Assembly (NCBI GenBank): GCA_051878295.1
Contig: JBJEJV010000043.1
Coordinates: forward strand, 10,022 to 74,021
Reading direction: 5' to 3'
Length of the DNA: 64,000 nucleotides
Source of the DNA: Candidatus Cryptobacteroides sp.
GTDB taxonomy: Bacteria; Bacteroidota; Bacteroidia; Bacteroidales; UBA932
A program made the position numbers and the translations under genes. The notes beneath the pieces are model-generated. The model was not told the origin of the DNA. It did no database searches and saw only the letters and a list, made by a program, of their open reading frames with translations. Shown piece after piece: positions 28,797 through 41,075 of this stretch. The number at the start of each line of letters is the position of its first letter. The first letter of the stretch is position 1.

Positions 28797-29594
28797 TCAG
28801 ACATCGAATTCTTTGACAATGCAGCCCGGGAAACGGGCTGCAATCGTTTCCGCCTGCCGCCTGCCGGCAATCATCAGGGCCGTGCTGAGGACCTCCGCGT
28901 CGAGGGCGTCCTCCGAGACGACGCTGAGCTGCCTGCGGACGTTGACATATTCACCGCTGAAAGGATTGATGATGTGGGAGCCGTAGGAAGGGGTGTTCCC
29001 CGAGGTGGACATCGCCTGATTCCGGAGTTCCACCTCCTCGAGCACTCCGGGCCGGTAGGGATTCCTAACCCCGACAGTCCAGCAGTCGCCGTAGGGATGA
29101 CGGCCGAGAGCAAGGATGGAACTGCCGCCGAAATCCGCAAAGAGGTTGCATACTCCCTCCGACAGGGCCGCCGAATGCAGGCTGCGCAGCAGAAAGCCTT
29201 TGGCCATCCCGCCGAAATCGAGCCCGTGGCCTTTCAGGTCCACAAGGTCCGAATCATCAATGGAAACTTCCTGAAGCCCTCCCTTCGCGACATCGAAAAG
29301 CCCGTCGGTGAGGCGATGGTAACGGAGCGCGGTCCGAATCATCAGGGAGAGAGTCCCGCTTGCCCGTACAGCCCCCTCGGAACGGTTGAGAAGCGAAAGT
29401 TCGCTGCCCGGATCGAAACGGTCGAGAACCCGCTGGAGAAGGCCGGCTTCGACAAGAAGCCAGTCCCAGAGGCGGGAAACGGCCTCCGGGGAAGCGTCGG
29501 CGAGAACAATCTCCAAGCGGGTCCCCATCAGGGCGTCAATGCTGCCGTGAAAGGTCCGGGAGGGGCCGACATACTCTGTTCGGGCGTGAAGCAT
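28797..29594 (-). CDS. apbE: FAD:protein FMN transferase (ApbE family), no signal peptide
   Basis: MGTRLEIVL, RFDPGSELSLLN, DFGGMAKG, DFGGSS, MSTSGN, HIINP, DAEVLSTAL; real start ATG 29594, not the 30824 start in the ORF track. Confidence 0.88.
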   Translation of the reverse strand: MLHARTEYVGPSRTFHGSIDALMGTRLEIVLADASPEAVSRLWDWLLVEAGLLQRVLDRFDPGSELSLLNRSEGAVRASGTLSLMIRTALRYHRLTDGLFDVAKGGLQEVSIDDSDLVDLKGHGLDFGGMAKGFLLRSLHSAALSEGVCNLFADFGGSSILALGRHPYGDCWTVGVRNPYRPGVLEEVELRNQAMSTSGNTPSYGSHIINPFSGEYVNVRRQLSVVSEDALDAEVLSTALMIAGRRQAETIAARFPGCIVKEFDV

Positions 29595-29600
29595 AGCGGA

Positions 29601-29608
29601 CAAATATA
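29601..29608 (-). promoter_or_regulatory. -7 promoter element for apbE
   Basis: TATATTTG on minus strand, 6 nt before the ATG. Confidence 0.6.
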
Positions 29609-29735
29609 GCAAATTGGCGACAAAGGGAAGATTATCGGATGAAAGAAACGGCATTTTTTGTAATTTTAGGGTTTGAATATGCCCGGTGACCCGACAATCC
29701 CCGGCCACTACGCAAAAAAGACTGCCAACCAGAAC

Positions 29736-31067
29736 ATGAAAACTGAAAAGACAGACGCCCAGGTCGATCTGGGACTCAGAAGTTTCATCAAGAATCTCGC
29801 TTACGTCACAGGCGGAGCCGCCTTCCTCGCTTCGACCGCTCCCTGGCTGACGTCCTGCACACCGGAGAAACTGGACGAAATCAAGAAGGAGAAGGCAAGG
29901 ATAGCCCTGATCGGGGCAGGCTCGCGCGGACAGTACCATATTCACAATCTGCTGAAAATCGAGCACGCCACCCTGGCTGCTATCTGCGACACCTATCCTG
30001 CAAACCTTGAAGCGGCAGGCAGCCTCTGCCCTGGGGCGAAGACCGTGAGCGACTACCGCGAGATACTGGAGGACAAGGACATCGACGGAGTGATCATAGC
30101 CACTCCCCTGCACCTCCACGCCCGAATCACCCTGGATGCCCTCGCCGCCGGCAAGCACGTCTTCTGCGAAAAGGCGATGGCTCTCCGGATGGAGGACTGC
30201 AAGGAGGTTTACGAGGCCTACAGGAACTCCGACAGGGCTTTGTACTACTGTATGCAGAGGATGTACGACAAGAAGTACATCAAGGCGCTCGGACTGATCA
30301 AGGAAGGGCTTATCGGAGATGTGGTGGGGATGAGATGCCACTGGTTCAGGAATGCCGACTGGCGCAGGCCGGTGCCTTCCCCGGAACTTGAGAGGCATAT
30401 CAACTGGAGGCTGTACAAGGAATATTCCGGAGGCCTGATGACCGAACTTGCCTCCCATCAGCTGGAGGTCTGCAACCTCGCCATCGGCAAGATTCCTTCC
30501 CGGGTCACGGGAATGGGCGACATCGTCTATTGGAAGGACGGCAGGGAGGTCTATGACAGCGTCAACGTCATCTACCGCTACTCCGACGGACGCAAAATCA
30601 ACTACGAATCCCTCATCTCCAACAAATACAACGGGATGGAGGAACAGATTCTGGGGAAAGACGGGACAATGGACCTTTCCCGGGGAATATACTACCTCGA
30701 GGAGGACAACACAATCCCCGGAATGAGGCAGCTGCTCGACCAGATCAAGACAGGAGTCTTCGCCTCGATTCCCACTGCCGGGCCGAGCTGGAGGCCAGAA
30801 CTCAAGTCCGAATACCATCCGCATGCGGTAATCGAGGGCCAGGTCAGCGTGAACGGCGGCCAGAGCATGGTCTCCTCGGACAACGACGGTTCGGACGAAA
30901 TCCTCTCGGCCTTCTGCCAGTCCTGCATCACGGGAGAGAAAGCCTCCAACGTGGTCGAGGAGGCCTACTATTCGAGCATCCTCTGCCTTCTGGGCAACCG
31001 GGCGATGGAAGAAGGCAGGACCCTTGATTTCCCGGAGGAATACAAAATCCCTTATCTCACTTTCTGA
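29736..31067 (+). CDS. Gfo/Idh/MocA-family NAD-dependent oxidoreductase, Tat-like lipoprotein signal
   Basis: GLRSFIK...WLTSC leader; IGAGSRG, IATPLHLH, HVFCEKAMA, WRLYKEYSGGLMTELASHQ. Confidence 0.9.
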   Translation: MKTEKTDAQVDLGLRSFIKNLAYVTGGAAFLASTAPWLTSCTPEKLDEIKKEKARIALIGAGSRGQYHIHNLLKIEHATLAAICDTYPANLEAAGSLCPGAKTVSDYREILEDKDIDGVIIATPLHLHARITLDALAAGKHVFCEKAMALRMEDCKEVYEAYRNSDRALYYCMQRMYDKKYIKALGLIKEGLIGDVVGMRCHWFRNADWRRPVPSPELERHINWRLYKEYSGGLMTELASHQLEVCNLAIGKIPSRVTGMGDIVYWKDGREVYDSVNVIYRYSDGRKINYESLISNKYNGMEEQILGKDGTMDLSRGIYYLEEDNTIPGMRQLLDQIKTGVFASIPTAGPSWRPELKSEYHPHAVIEGQVSVNGGQSMVSSDNDGSDEILSAFCQSCITGEKASNVVEEAYYSSILCLLGNRAMEEGRTLDFPEEYKIPYLTF

Positions 31068-31069
31068 AC

Positions 31070-31291
31070 ATGAAGGACATCATCATAACCTCACGCCATA
31101 TCCGCAGGGAGCTGTGGTATCTTCTCGCTTCATTCGCAGCAGCCTTCGGGATGAACATCTATGCCATCGTCAGATACGCCAGACCGGCAACCGAGCTTTT
31201 TTCGATGATCGGCTATGTGATTGTCACAGCCCTTGTCATCTACCTGCTCCTGCTGCCGGTCCGATGGATAATATGTCTTGTCAGACGCCTG

Positions 31292-31306
<15 letters not shown>
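31070..31306 (+). CDS. Small two-TM membrane protein, hypothetical
   Basis: Starts 2 nt after the oxidoreductase stop; two hydrophobic helices; MKDIIIT...RREL pattern seen next to such oxidoreductases in Bacteroidales (recollection, unverified). Confidence 0.7.
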
Positions 31307-33136
<1,830 letters not shown>

Positions 33137-33196
33137 GCTTTATCTATAAGTTATTAGTGTTCAGTATCGGCCGTTGGCCTGCGTCAGCAGTCAATA

Positions 33197-33204
33197 CAAA
33201 TATA
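33197..33204 (-). promoter_or_regulatory. -7 promoter element for GH2
   Basis: TATATTTG on minus strand. Confidence 0.6.
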
Positions 33205-33257
33205 CCCAGACAAACGCAATTCTCAAAAAAAAGAACGGTTCAATGTGAATTAATGAT

Positions 33258-33265
33258 TACATTTG
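33258..33265 (+). promoter_or_regulatory. -7 promoter element for cstA
   Basis: TACATTTG, 29 nt before the ATG. Confidence 0.65.
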
Positions 33266-33294
33266 CAGACACTTGTAAAACGAACCCTGACAAT

Positions 33295-34770
33295 ATGTAT
33301 TCATTTCTCATCAGCATTGCCGCCCTCCTCCTGGGTTACTTCCTCTATGGAAAGACGGTGGAACGCTTTTTCGGTCCGGAAGACGGCCGCCCCACTCCTG
33401 CCATAGCCAGGAAAGACGGGATTGACTTTGTCCCGATGCCGACCTGGAAGGTCTTTATGATACAATTCCTCAACATCGCCGGCACAGGACCGATTTTCGG
33501 TGCCATAATGGGAGCCAAGTTCGGGCCTTCATCCTACCTCTGGATAGTGTCCGGCTGCATATTCGCAGGTGCCGTCCACGACTATCTTTCAGGTATGCTT
33601 TCCGTCCGCCGCGAAGGCGCCGGACTGCCCGAGCTGGTCGGGACCTATCTGGGGAAAGGCACGAAGAGGGTGATGCTGGCCTTCACTGTCTTCCTTTTGG
33701 TCCTTGTGGGCGCAGTGTTCACCTACAGCCCCGCAATCATTCTCGGAGACCTCCTCGGGGACGGAAGCGCCTCATCGATGATGCTGTGGGTCATCGTCAT
33801 ATTCGCCTACTACATTCTGGCCACGATGCTCCCAATCGACAAGATAATCGGAAAGATCTATCCCCTTTTCGCCTTCGCCCTGCTCTTCATGGCGACTGCC
33901 CTGATGGTGATGCTCTTCATCAAATGGCCGAGCCTGCCCGAATTCTGGGACGGTCTCACCAACAGGGGCCCTTCTGTGGGAGAGACGGGACAGCCGATTT
34001 TCCCCTGCCTCTGCATCACAATAGCCTGCGGCGCGATAAGCGGATTCCACGCGACCCAGAGCACGATGATGGCCAGATGCCTCAAGAAGGAGTCTCTCGG
34101 CAGGCCCGTATTCTACGGTTCGATGATCACGGAAGGTCTGGTGGCCCTTGTCTGGGCGACCATCTCATCCTACTTCTTCTTTGACGGAGGCGCGGCCGAG
34201 GTCGGTTCGGACATCGGCGCTGCAGCCCCGGCGATAGTGACAGCGGTGTCCAGGAAATGGCTCGGCACCTTGGGCGGAATCCTTGCCGTCCTCGGAGTGG
34301 TCGCAGCCCCAATCACCAGCGGAGACACCTCCCTGAGAAGCGCCAGGATGATTGTGGCCGAGACTCTCCACATCAACCAGACCCCTATCCGGAACAGGCT
34401 GGTAGTCAGCATCCCGATATTCATCATCTCCGCGATGCTGCTCTGGTTCAACATCGCCGACAAGGACGGATTCAACACCATCTGGAAATACTTCGGGTGG
34501 GCTAACCAGACCCTGGCCGTCTTCACCCTCTGGGCCTTGACGGTCTTCCTCGCCACGGAGAGAAGCGGGATGAAATACCTCGTGACGCTGATTCCCGCCT
34601 CATTTATGACAGCGGTCTGCGGCACCTTCATCCTCGTTGACAAGGTCGGCTTCGGAGTCAGTGCCTCGGCCGCCCCGTGGATCGGGCTGCTGTTCTTCTT
34701 CGTCTCCGCCGGCCTGTTCTACCTCTGGAAATTCCGCAGGAAAAGAAAGCACGACAAACAAACAATATAA
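33295..34770 (+). CDS. cstA: Carbon starvation protein A family transporter
   Basis: [59 protein letters not shown]; ATG at 33295. Confidence 0.93.
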   Translation: MYSFLISIAALLLGYFLYGKTVERFFGPEDGRPTPAIARKDGIDFVPMPTWKVFMIQFLNIAGTGPIFGAIMGAKFGPSSYLWIVSGCIFAGAVHDYLSGMLSVRREGAGLPELVGTYLGKGTKRVMLAFTVFLLVLVGAVFTYSPAIILGDLLGDGSASSMMLWVIVIFAYYILATMLPIDKIIGKIYPLFAFALLFMATALMVMLFIKWPSLPEFWDGLTNRGPSVGETGQPIFPCLCITIACGAISGFHATQSTMMARCLKKESLGRPVFYGSMITEGLVALVWATISSYFFFDGGAAEVGSDIGAAAPAIVTAVSRKWLGTLGGILAVLGVVAAPITSGDTSLRSARMIVAETLHINQTPIRNRLVVSIPIFIISAMLLWFNIADKDGFNTIWKYFGWANQTLAVFTLWALTVFLATERSGMKYLVTLIPASFMTAVCGTFILVDKVGFGVSASAAPWIGLLFFFVSAGLFYLWKFRRKRKHDKQTI

Positions 34771-34774
34771 GAAT

Positions 34775-36373
34775 ATGTACGATTCAAACTACGGGCTCCG
34801 GATAGCCCACTGCCCGGACGGGCCGCTCTCAATAACAGGCAAGATGGCGAACAGGCACGGTCTGATCGCAGGCGCCACCGGTACAGGAAAGACCGTCACC
34901 CTCCAGGTCATGGCCGAAACCTTCTGCCAGGCCGGAGTGCCCTGCTTCATGGCCGATATGAAGGGGGACCTTTCAGGAATATCCCAGGCCGGAAGGATGA
35001 GCGGCTTCATCGAAAAGAGAATGCCCGAGTTCGGAATCGGCGAAGTGAAGTTCCAGAGCTGCCCGGTACGCTTCTTCGACGTCTTCGGGGAGCAGGGGCA
35101 TCCGATGCGCTGCACCATCTCCCAGATGGGCCCGCAGCTCCTTTCGAGAATCCTCGGCCTGAACGAAACCCAGGAAGGCGTGCTCAACATCCTTTTCAGG
35201 ATAGCCGACGAGAGAGGCCTTCTGCTCATCGACATCAAGGACCTGCGTTCAATGCTCAACTACGTATCCGAGCATGCTTCTGAATATACCGCCGTTTACG
35301 GCAACATAGCCCAGGCCTCCATCGGAGCCATCCAGAGAGCCCTGCTGACTCTCGAGAACGAGGGGGCGGCCAGCTTCTTCGGAGAGCCATCCTTCGACAT
35401 CTGCGACCTCCTCGCCACGGAAGGCGGCAAGGGAGTGATGAACGTACTGGCCGCCGACAGGCTGATGCTCAAACCGAAGGTCTATTCCACCTTCCTGCTC
35501 TGGCTCCTGTCCGAACTGTATTCGACCCTTCCCGAAGTCGGGGACTTGGACTTCCCGAAACTGGTATTCTTCTTCGACGAGGCCCATATGCTCTTTGACG
35601 GGACCGGCAAGGCCCTTACCGACAAAATCGAGCAGGTCATCCGCCTGATCCGAAGCAAGGGAGTCGGAGTCTATTTCGTCACCCAGAGCCCGACCGACAT
35701 TCCGGAATCGATTCTCGGACAGCTCGGAAACCGTGTCCAGCACGCCCTGAGGGCCTACACCCCGAAGGACCAGAAAGCCGTCAAGGTCGCTGCGGAGACT
35801 TTCCGCGCCAATCCGGCCTTCAACACCTCAGAAGCCATAATGAACTTGGGTACGGGAGAGGCCCTCGTCTCTTTCCTGGACGAGAAGGGCGCACCTTCAG
35901 TCGTGCAGCAGGCGAAGATTCTCTTCCCTCTCAGCCAGATCGGAGCCATCAACGAATCCCAGAGAAGCCAGCTCATCAAAGGCTCGAAGATTTACGGGAA
36001 ATATGACAAGGCCGTTGACCGCGAAAGCGCCTTTGAAGTGCTGCTGGCAGAAAAGGAGCAGCAGATGAAAGAAGAGGCGGAAGCCCTGGAGGAACAGGAG
36101 AGGGAGAAGGAAGGCTCAAGGAAGTCCGCCAAGGGCGGTTCATCGGTCTTGGGCAAGGTGGCCAAAGCCGTATTCACTGCCGTCACCGCAACAGTCGCGA
36201 CATCGGTGGGCAATGCAGTTTCAGACAAGGTCAGCGGCAAGTCCAAGTCCGGCAAGAGCAAGACCACAAAGACCAGCGGGACTTCCAAAGTGGTGAAGAA
36301 TGCCACCTCGGCGGCCACAAGGACGCTCACAAGGGAACTCACGCGGTCGATTCTCGGCAACCTCGTGAAATAG
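34775..36373 (+). CDS. HerA-like ATPase, DUF853/YjgR family
   Basis: [61 protein letters not shown]. Confidence 0.92.
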   Translation: MYDSNYGLRIAHCPDGPLSITGKMANRHGLIAGATGTGKTVTLQVMAETFCQAGVPCFMADMKGDLSGISQAGRMSGFIEKRMPEFGIGEVKFQSCPVRFFDVFGEQGHPMRCTISQMGPQLLSRILGLNETQEGVLNILFRIADERGLLLIDIKDLRSMLNYVSEHASEYTAVYGNIAQASIGAIQRALLTLENEGAASFFGEPSFDICDLLATEGGKGVMNVLAADRLMLKPKVYSTFLLWLLSELYSTLPEVGDLDFPKLVFFFDEAHMLFDGTGKALTDKIEQVIRLIRSKGVGVYFVTQSPTDIPESILGQLGNRVQHALRAYTPKDQKAVKVAAETFRANPAFNTSEAIMNLGTGEALVSFLDEKGAPSVVQQAKILFPLSQIGAINESQRSQLIKGSKIYGKYDKAVDRESAFEVLLAEKEQQMKEEAEALEEQEREKEGSRKSAKGGSSVLGKVAKAVFTAVTATVATSVGNAVSDKVSGKSKSGKSKTTKTSGTSKVVKNATSAATRTLTRELTRSILGNLVK

Positions 36374-36391
36374 CGGAGTCAGGAAGAATTA

Positions 36392-36928
36392 CTACTCAGC
36401 GGCAAAGAAAGAGAAGTGGACGCGACCGTACCGCTTCTCTTTTTTGAAACAGCGGTGCCCGGTGAAGGAATGTTCGTCGCCGTGCTCGAGGATGAAATAG
36501 TTGCCCGGATAGAGGATGTCCAGGGCGAAAATCCGGTCCGGAAGCGTTTCCAGGCCCTGCAGGGCGTAAGGAGGGTCTGCGAATATCAGGTCAAACTTCT
36601 CGTGGCAGATCGGAAGGAAATCGAATACATTGTCCCTCACCATAGTCACATTGTCCAGACCGAGCCGGGCGGCCTCGGACTTGATGAAGGAAGCGTTCTC
36701 CCTCGACATCTCCACCGAGTAAACCCTTGCCGCTCCCCTGGAAGCAAATTCGAAAGCGACCGCCCCGGTGCCCCCGAAGAGGTCGAGAACCTTCAGGTCC
36801 TCGAATTCATATTCATTGTTCAGGACATTGAACAGGCCCTCGCGCGCGAAATCGGTTGTCGGGCGGGCGGAATAGCCCGCAGGCGGGTTGATGGTCTTCC
36901 CTCCCAGCCGTCCTCCTATGATTCTCAT
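36392..36928 (-). CDS. rsmD: 16S rRNA (guanine966-N2)-methyltransferase
   Basis: MRIIGG, RPTTDFAREGLFN, LDLFGGTG, FADPPY, ILEH, YG. Confidence 0.93.
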   Translation of the reverse strand: MRIIGGRLGGKTINPPAGYSARPTTDFAREGLFNVLNNEYEFEDLKVLDLFGGTGAVAFEFASRGAARVYSVEMSRENASFIKSEAARLGLDNVTMVRDNVFDFLPICHEKFDLIFADPPYALQGLETLPDRIFALDILYPGNYFILEHGDEHSFTGHRCFKKEKRYGRVHFSFFAAE

Positions 36929-37593
36929 AGTTTTTCGACGCCTTTGAAATACCTGTAGAGGGACATCTCCTGCTCTTCCGTGAGAGGAGTCCTGAAATGG
37001 ATTACGGAAACCTCAGGATTGAGCTGGAGTTTCTTCATCGAAAGGAATATGTAATATTCGGCAGTGGTGAAATCAGGAGCCTCGAAGACGTTAGAAAGAA
37101 GCAGGTTCGTACCCTGGGCGACAGTCAGGTGGAGAAAACCGTCGGCGAAAGAGGCGGCAATCCTGTTGTACTGGTTGATGTTCCTGATGCCCTTCAGCAG
37201 GTAGTACATTTCAGGAAGCGGCACCGGGACATCCAGGCCCGGCAGAAGCACGTCCGGATGGGTGAAACCGTCGAGGGAATACACCAGAAAGGCCTGGTAC
37301 TCCTCCAGACGGACGCAGTCCACCTTGTCCGACGGCGAGAGTTCGACAGTGCGCGAAAGGATTCCGGCCGCGCCCTGAGGACTGAAGAAGGCTTCCGGCA
37401 CCAGGGTGACTTTTGGCGTCAGCACAGAGTGAAGCACCTCGTCATAGCCGCCGTTCAACTCTGCGGCGGACCCGACCTCTCCGGGAGCGTACCACCCGGA
37501 GCAGGAAGAGAGACCTTCCGTCCCGTATATTCTAAAAGAATATCCACTCAAGCTGACTTGAATGGATATTCTCTTCAATGGTGTCTGATCCAT
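36925..37593 (-). CDS. DUF3822 family protein
   Basis: SIQVSLSGYSF, KVTLVPEAFF, LLLSNVFE...AEYYIF, LYRYF; conserved position upstream of rsmD. Confidence 0.8.
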   Translation of the reverse strand: MDQTPLKRISIQVSLSGYSFRIYGTEGLSSCSGWYAPGEVGSAAELNGGYDEVLHSVLTPKVTLVPEAFFSPQGAAGILSRTVELSPSDKVDCVRLEEYQAFLVYSLDGFTHPDVLLPGLDVPVPLPEMYYLLKGIRNINQYNRIAASFADGFLHLTVAQGTNLLLSNVFEAPDFTTAEYYIFLSMKKLQLNPEVSVIHFRTPLTEEQEMSLYRYFKGVEKL

Positions 37594-37602
37594 CAGCTTT
37601 TC

Positions 37603-38295
37603 CTACTCCCAGTTTCCTGCATTGTTGTTCGGAGCGGTGATGCTGCCGACCTGAAGGCCTTCGTAGCGGCCCTGATCCCTGCGGTCTGCGTCAAGGTTGA
37701 TTCTCAACTGATTGTCAAGACCGTTGAGGAGAGCCTTGTAAGGGAGCTTGGCCTCGAAGAGAGGGACGTCCACACCTGAAACCTTCTTGACAATGGCGTC
37801 CATCTCGATCTTTTCACCGTCGGTGAAAGGAATGATGTCGATGTTGTCAATGTTGAAATTCTCCCTGGTGCGGAAGAGGGTGTCCTTTACGGCAATCTTG
37901 TTCTGGATGGAGAACACGAGGTTCTTGTCACCGGCTTTGTAAAGATTGAAAAGGCCTTCGTCAGTAATCTTCTTGTGGGCCTTCTTGACGGCATTGGTGT
38001 GAGCCACTGCAGCTGAATCGTCAAGGGAACCGATCTGCATAAGGACGCTCATCTGGCCTTCCTTGTAGAACTGCTTGAGTGTGTCGAAAGAGGCGGTGTA
38101 CCTGTTGTTAACACTCTTGTAAGCTACCTGCAGCTCACGGATGTCCTTGAGCTGCTGGATGGCCACCTTCTCCCTTGCAGCTTGTTCCTTGTTGAATCTG
38201 ACAGGCTGCATGACGCTGTCATAAATGAGGTAAACGAGACCGCAGATGCAGCAGAGAAGCACCAGGCTGATAATCGTTTTCAGTGTCTTGTTCAT
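37603..38295 (-). CDS. Conserved Bacteroidota hypothetical protein with N-terminal membrane anchor
   Basis: N-terminal TM, QLKDIRELQVAYK, YTASFDTL, VPLFEAK, LQVGS; codon usage like host genes. Confidence 0.75.
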   Translation of the reverse strand: MNKTLKTIISLVLLCCICGLVYLIYDSVMQPVRFNKEQAAREKVAIQQLKDIRELQVAYKSVNNRYTASFDTLKQFYKEGQMSVLMQIGSLDDSAAVAHTNAVKKAHKKITDEGLFNLYKAGDKNLVFSIQNKIAVKDTLFRTRENFNIDNIDIIPFTDGEKIEMDAIVKKVSGVDVPLFEAKLPYKALLNGLDNQLRINLDADRRDQGRYEGLQVGSITAPNNNAGNWE

Positions 38296-38355
38296 TATTC
38301 CTTGTGTTTTAGTTTTATTTCAATCAGGGGGAAAAGACTCATAGTCAATTCTGGA

Positions 38356-38403
38356 CAAAGTTAGAAAAATGATTTATGAAATGCAATATAATTTGTAATT
38401 TTG
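38356..38403. promoter_or_regulatory. Divergent -7 elements (hypothetical-DUF3822-rsmD on minus; nrnA operon on plus)
   Basis: TAACTTTG (minus, 38356-38363) and TAATTTTG (plus, 38396-38403). Confidence 0.6.
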
Positions 38404-38412
38404 CAAAAGCTT

Positions 38413-39447
38413 ATGGACAAGATCAAGAACCTTGAAAGACTGATAGCCGAATCTTCGGTCATAACTGCCGTAGTCCACACCCATCCTGACGGAGACGCCC
38501 TCGGGAGCGGTCTGGCTCTTTCGGCATTCCTCAGGGAGTGCTGCGGGAAGGATGCGGTGCTGGCCCTGCCGGACAGCATCCCGGCTTCGTTGCTTTTCCT
38601 GACGGAGGAAAATCCTTCCGTCCCGGTTCTCTACCATCAGGAATCACCCGAGGCCGCGGAAGGGAGAATCCTCTCCAGCGATCTTGTCATCTGCCTCGAC
38701 CTGAACGCCTTCGACAGGGCGGGGGCCCTGAAGGAGGCCCTGCTTGCCTCGACTGCGCCGAAGGTTCTCATCGACCACCACCTCAACCCGGACCTGGACG
38801 CCTTCGACCTGGTCTTTTCGACCATCGAGTCTTCCTCCGCCAGCGAAGTGCTCTTCCATCTGCTGATGCAGACCGCCCTTGTCGGCGGAAAGGCTGACAG
38901 ACTTCCCAAACAGTGCCTCAACTCACTGATGACGGGTCTGACCACCGACACGAACAATTTCGCCAATTCCGTCTTCCCTTCCACCCTTGAAATGGCATCC
39001 CTGCTCATCGGGGCCGGAGCCGAGAGGAACCGCATCCTGAACTCCCTCTACAACTGCTACAGGGAAAACCGGATAAGGCTGATGGGCTACTTGCTCGGGG
39101 AGAATCTGCAAATCACGGAAGACGGAGTCGCCTACATGATTCTCGACAAGAGAATCCAGGAAAGGTTCGGATTCCAGCAGGGGGAGGCCGAAGGTTTCGT
39201 GAATATGCCGCTCGCCATCAAGGAAGTCCGGATGAGCATCCTCCTCACGGAGGACGAAGGCCGTTTCAGGGTGTCCGTCCGTTCAAAGGAAGGCACCTCT
39301 GCAAACAGCTTCGCCAGGGAGTACTTCAACGGGGGCGGACACGAACTTGCGGCAGGGGGCAAGCTGCTGATTCCGGAGGATATTCCGGAAGCGGGAGCCG
39401 CTCAGGCATACATCTTGAATACAACCTCGAAGTTTTTCAGCCGATGA
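38413..39447 (+). CDS. nrnA: DHH-family phosphoesterase (bifunctional oligoribonuclease/PAP phosphatase)
   Basis: HTHPDGDALGS, IDHH, TDTNNF, GGGHELAAGG. Confidence 0.92.
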   Translation: MDKIKNLERLIAESSVITAVVHTHPDGDALGSGLALSAFLRECCGKDAVLALPDSIPASLLFLTEENPSVPVLYHQESPEAAEGRILSSDLVICLDLNAFDRAGALKEALLASTAPKVLIDHHLNPDLDAFDLVFSTIESSSASEVLFHLLMQTALVGGKADRLPKQCLNSLMTGLTTDTNNFANSVFPSTLEMASLLIGAGAERNRILNSLYNCYRENRIRLMGYLLGENLQITEDGVAYMILDKRIQERFGFQQGEAEGFVNMPLAIKEVRMSILLTEDEGRFRVSVRSKEGTSANSFAREYFNGGGHELAAGGKLLIPEDIPEAGAAQAYILNTTSKFFSR

Positions 39448-39995
39448 AGAAGACTGTACTCCAATTCCTCTACGCCCTCACAGCGCTCATCCTTGCAGCA
39501 TCCTGCTCCAAGGACACAGATGCGATGTACAGCAAACAGGAAAAGTACATCGAAGACATCGTAAGCAGCCTCATCACGAATTACCCGGAGGCATCGGTCG
39601 ATTATCCCGGAGGAATAGTGAAGGTCACTCTCGCCCCAGGACAGGGAGAAGCCCTTGCCGACGACGGAAAGGTGAGGCTCTATTACGCGGGATTCCGCAT
39701 CACCTCCGGCTCGATTTCAAATTCGAACCTCTTCGTGACCAACCTTGAGGAAATGGCGACGGAGGCGAAATGGACGACCACGAACCCGGAAGCCTTCGAC
39801 GAACTCTGCATCGACCTTGCCGAAGACCGCCTCGTCGAAGGGCTCAGGACAGGCCTGAAGGGGGCCAAAGCGGGCGACCAGCTCGTGGTCCTGTTCAACA
39901 GCAAGTACGGATTCGGGAAAAAGGCCGTAGGCAACGTACCTTCAAATTCCGCCCTGCTCTACCAGCTCTGGATCACGGGCGTGGAAAACAGATGA
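39444..39995 (+). CDS. FKBP-type peptidyl-prolyl isomerase lipoprotein
   Basis: Lipobox AASC; LVEGLRTGL, SKYGFG, VPSNSALLY. Confidence 0.8.
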   Translation: MKKTVLQFLYALTALILAASCSKDTDAMYSKQEKYIEDIVSSLITNYPEASVDYPGGIVKVTLAPGQGEALADDGKVRLYYAGFRITSGSISNSNLFVTNLEEMATEAKWTTTNPEAFDELCIDLAEDRLVEGLRTGLKGAKAGDQLVVLFNSKYGFGKKAVGNVPSNSALLYQLWITGVENR

Positions 39996-40021
39996 GACAA
40001 ACACGGAATTGACACACGAAT

Positions 40022-41056
40022 ATGAAAAGGACAAACAGATACCACTCCGGAGCGGCCCTGCTTGCAGCATCCCTGCTCCTCATTGCATTCTCCTGCGCCA
40101 AGGAAGCGTCTTCGGGAACCAACGACGACAGCAAACTGTACTTCGATTCCTGGATGAAAGTCCACTACCCTGAGGTCAAGCCGACAGGGCTCGGAGTCTA
40201 TATTCTTGAAGACACGCCGGGCAGCGGGGAGGCCCTCACCGACGAAGACAACTACATATTCCTGCGCTACACCATCACCGACCTCGACGGCAGCATCACA
40301 GGGACCACCGAGGAAGATGTTGACAAGCAGCTCGGAAACTATTCCCTGGGCAACTACTACGGTGACGAGGTGTTCCTCAACGACCCCGCATCCACTTCCG
40401 CCGGCCTGATCGAACTGGTCAGGGGAATGAAAGTGGGAGGCGTTAGGAAGGGCGTGATTCCGGGATGGCTAAACGTCGCCGAGGCGCACGACACCGAACA
40501 GGAGTATCTGGACAATTGCACCGGTTCGGACATAATCTGCTCCATCACCCTGACCGACAAGATTGACGACATCTACAAATGGGAAATCGACACCCTGGAA
40601 AGGTTTGTGGCCCGCCACATGGACGGAGTTGATTCGACCGAGTTCGGCTACTATTACAAACAGCTCAGGGCCCCGGAGGACACCGCCTCCATCCCGCTCG
40701 ACAGCACCATCTGCATCAACTACATCGGCCGCCTGATGAACGGGCAGGTCTTCGACACCACCATCAAGGACACGGCCAAGGTCTGGGGAATCTACAGTTC
40801 CTCCAAGGAATATGCCCCTGTCTATATCACCTTCGAAAGCGACTTTGAGGACATCACGATGTCTTCCGAAAAGGGCGAGGAAGGTTCCACGATGGTCACC
40901 GGTTTCTCGTACTGCCTGAGCAATATGAAGAAGAACGAGAAAGGCATCGTGGCATTCTACTCCGTACACGGCTACGGGACGAGCGGCAAGGGAGTGATTC
41001 CGAAATATGCCCCGATTTCCTTTGAAATAGAACTGGTGGAAGACCCGGAGGACTGA
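40022..41056 (+). CDS. Two-domain FKBP-type peptidyl-prolyl isomerase lipoprotein
   Basis: Lipobox AFSC; GMKVGG...IPGW, YIGRLMNGQVFDT, HGYG...IPKYAPISFEIEL. Confidence 0.85.
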   Translation: MKRTNRYHSGAALLAASLLLIAFSCAKEASSGTNDDSKLYFDSWMKVHYPEVKPTGLGVYILEDTPGSGEALTDEDNYIFLRYTITDLDGSITGTTEEDVDKQLGNYSLGNYYGDEVFLNDPASTSAGLIELVRGMKVGGVRKGVIPGWLNVAEAHDTEQEYLDNCTGSDIICSITLTDKIDDIYKWEIDTLERFVARHMDGVDSTEFGYYYKQLRAPEDTASIPLDSTICINYIGRLMNGQVFDTTIKDTAKVWGIYSSSKEYAPVYITFESDFEDITMSSEKGEEGSTMVTGFSYCLSNMKKNEKGIVAFYSVHGYGTSGKGVIPKYAPISFEIELVEDPED

Positions 41057-41075
41057 TTCAATCCCGATTCCGCCG

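Noticed and set aside
29595-30824. 675-aa minus-strand ORF 28797-30824 in the ORF track
   Set aside because: Only the last 265 codons are ApbE; the rest is the antisense shadow of the Gfo/Idh/MocA gene, and a promoter box sits just upstream of ATG 29594
34775-36373. HerA-like ATPase as an anti-phage system (Sir2-HerA, DUF4297-HerA, Nezha type)
   Set aside because: Motifs match the housekeeping DUF853/YjgR family and no nuclease or sirtuin partner is adjacent
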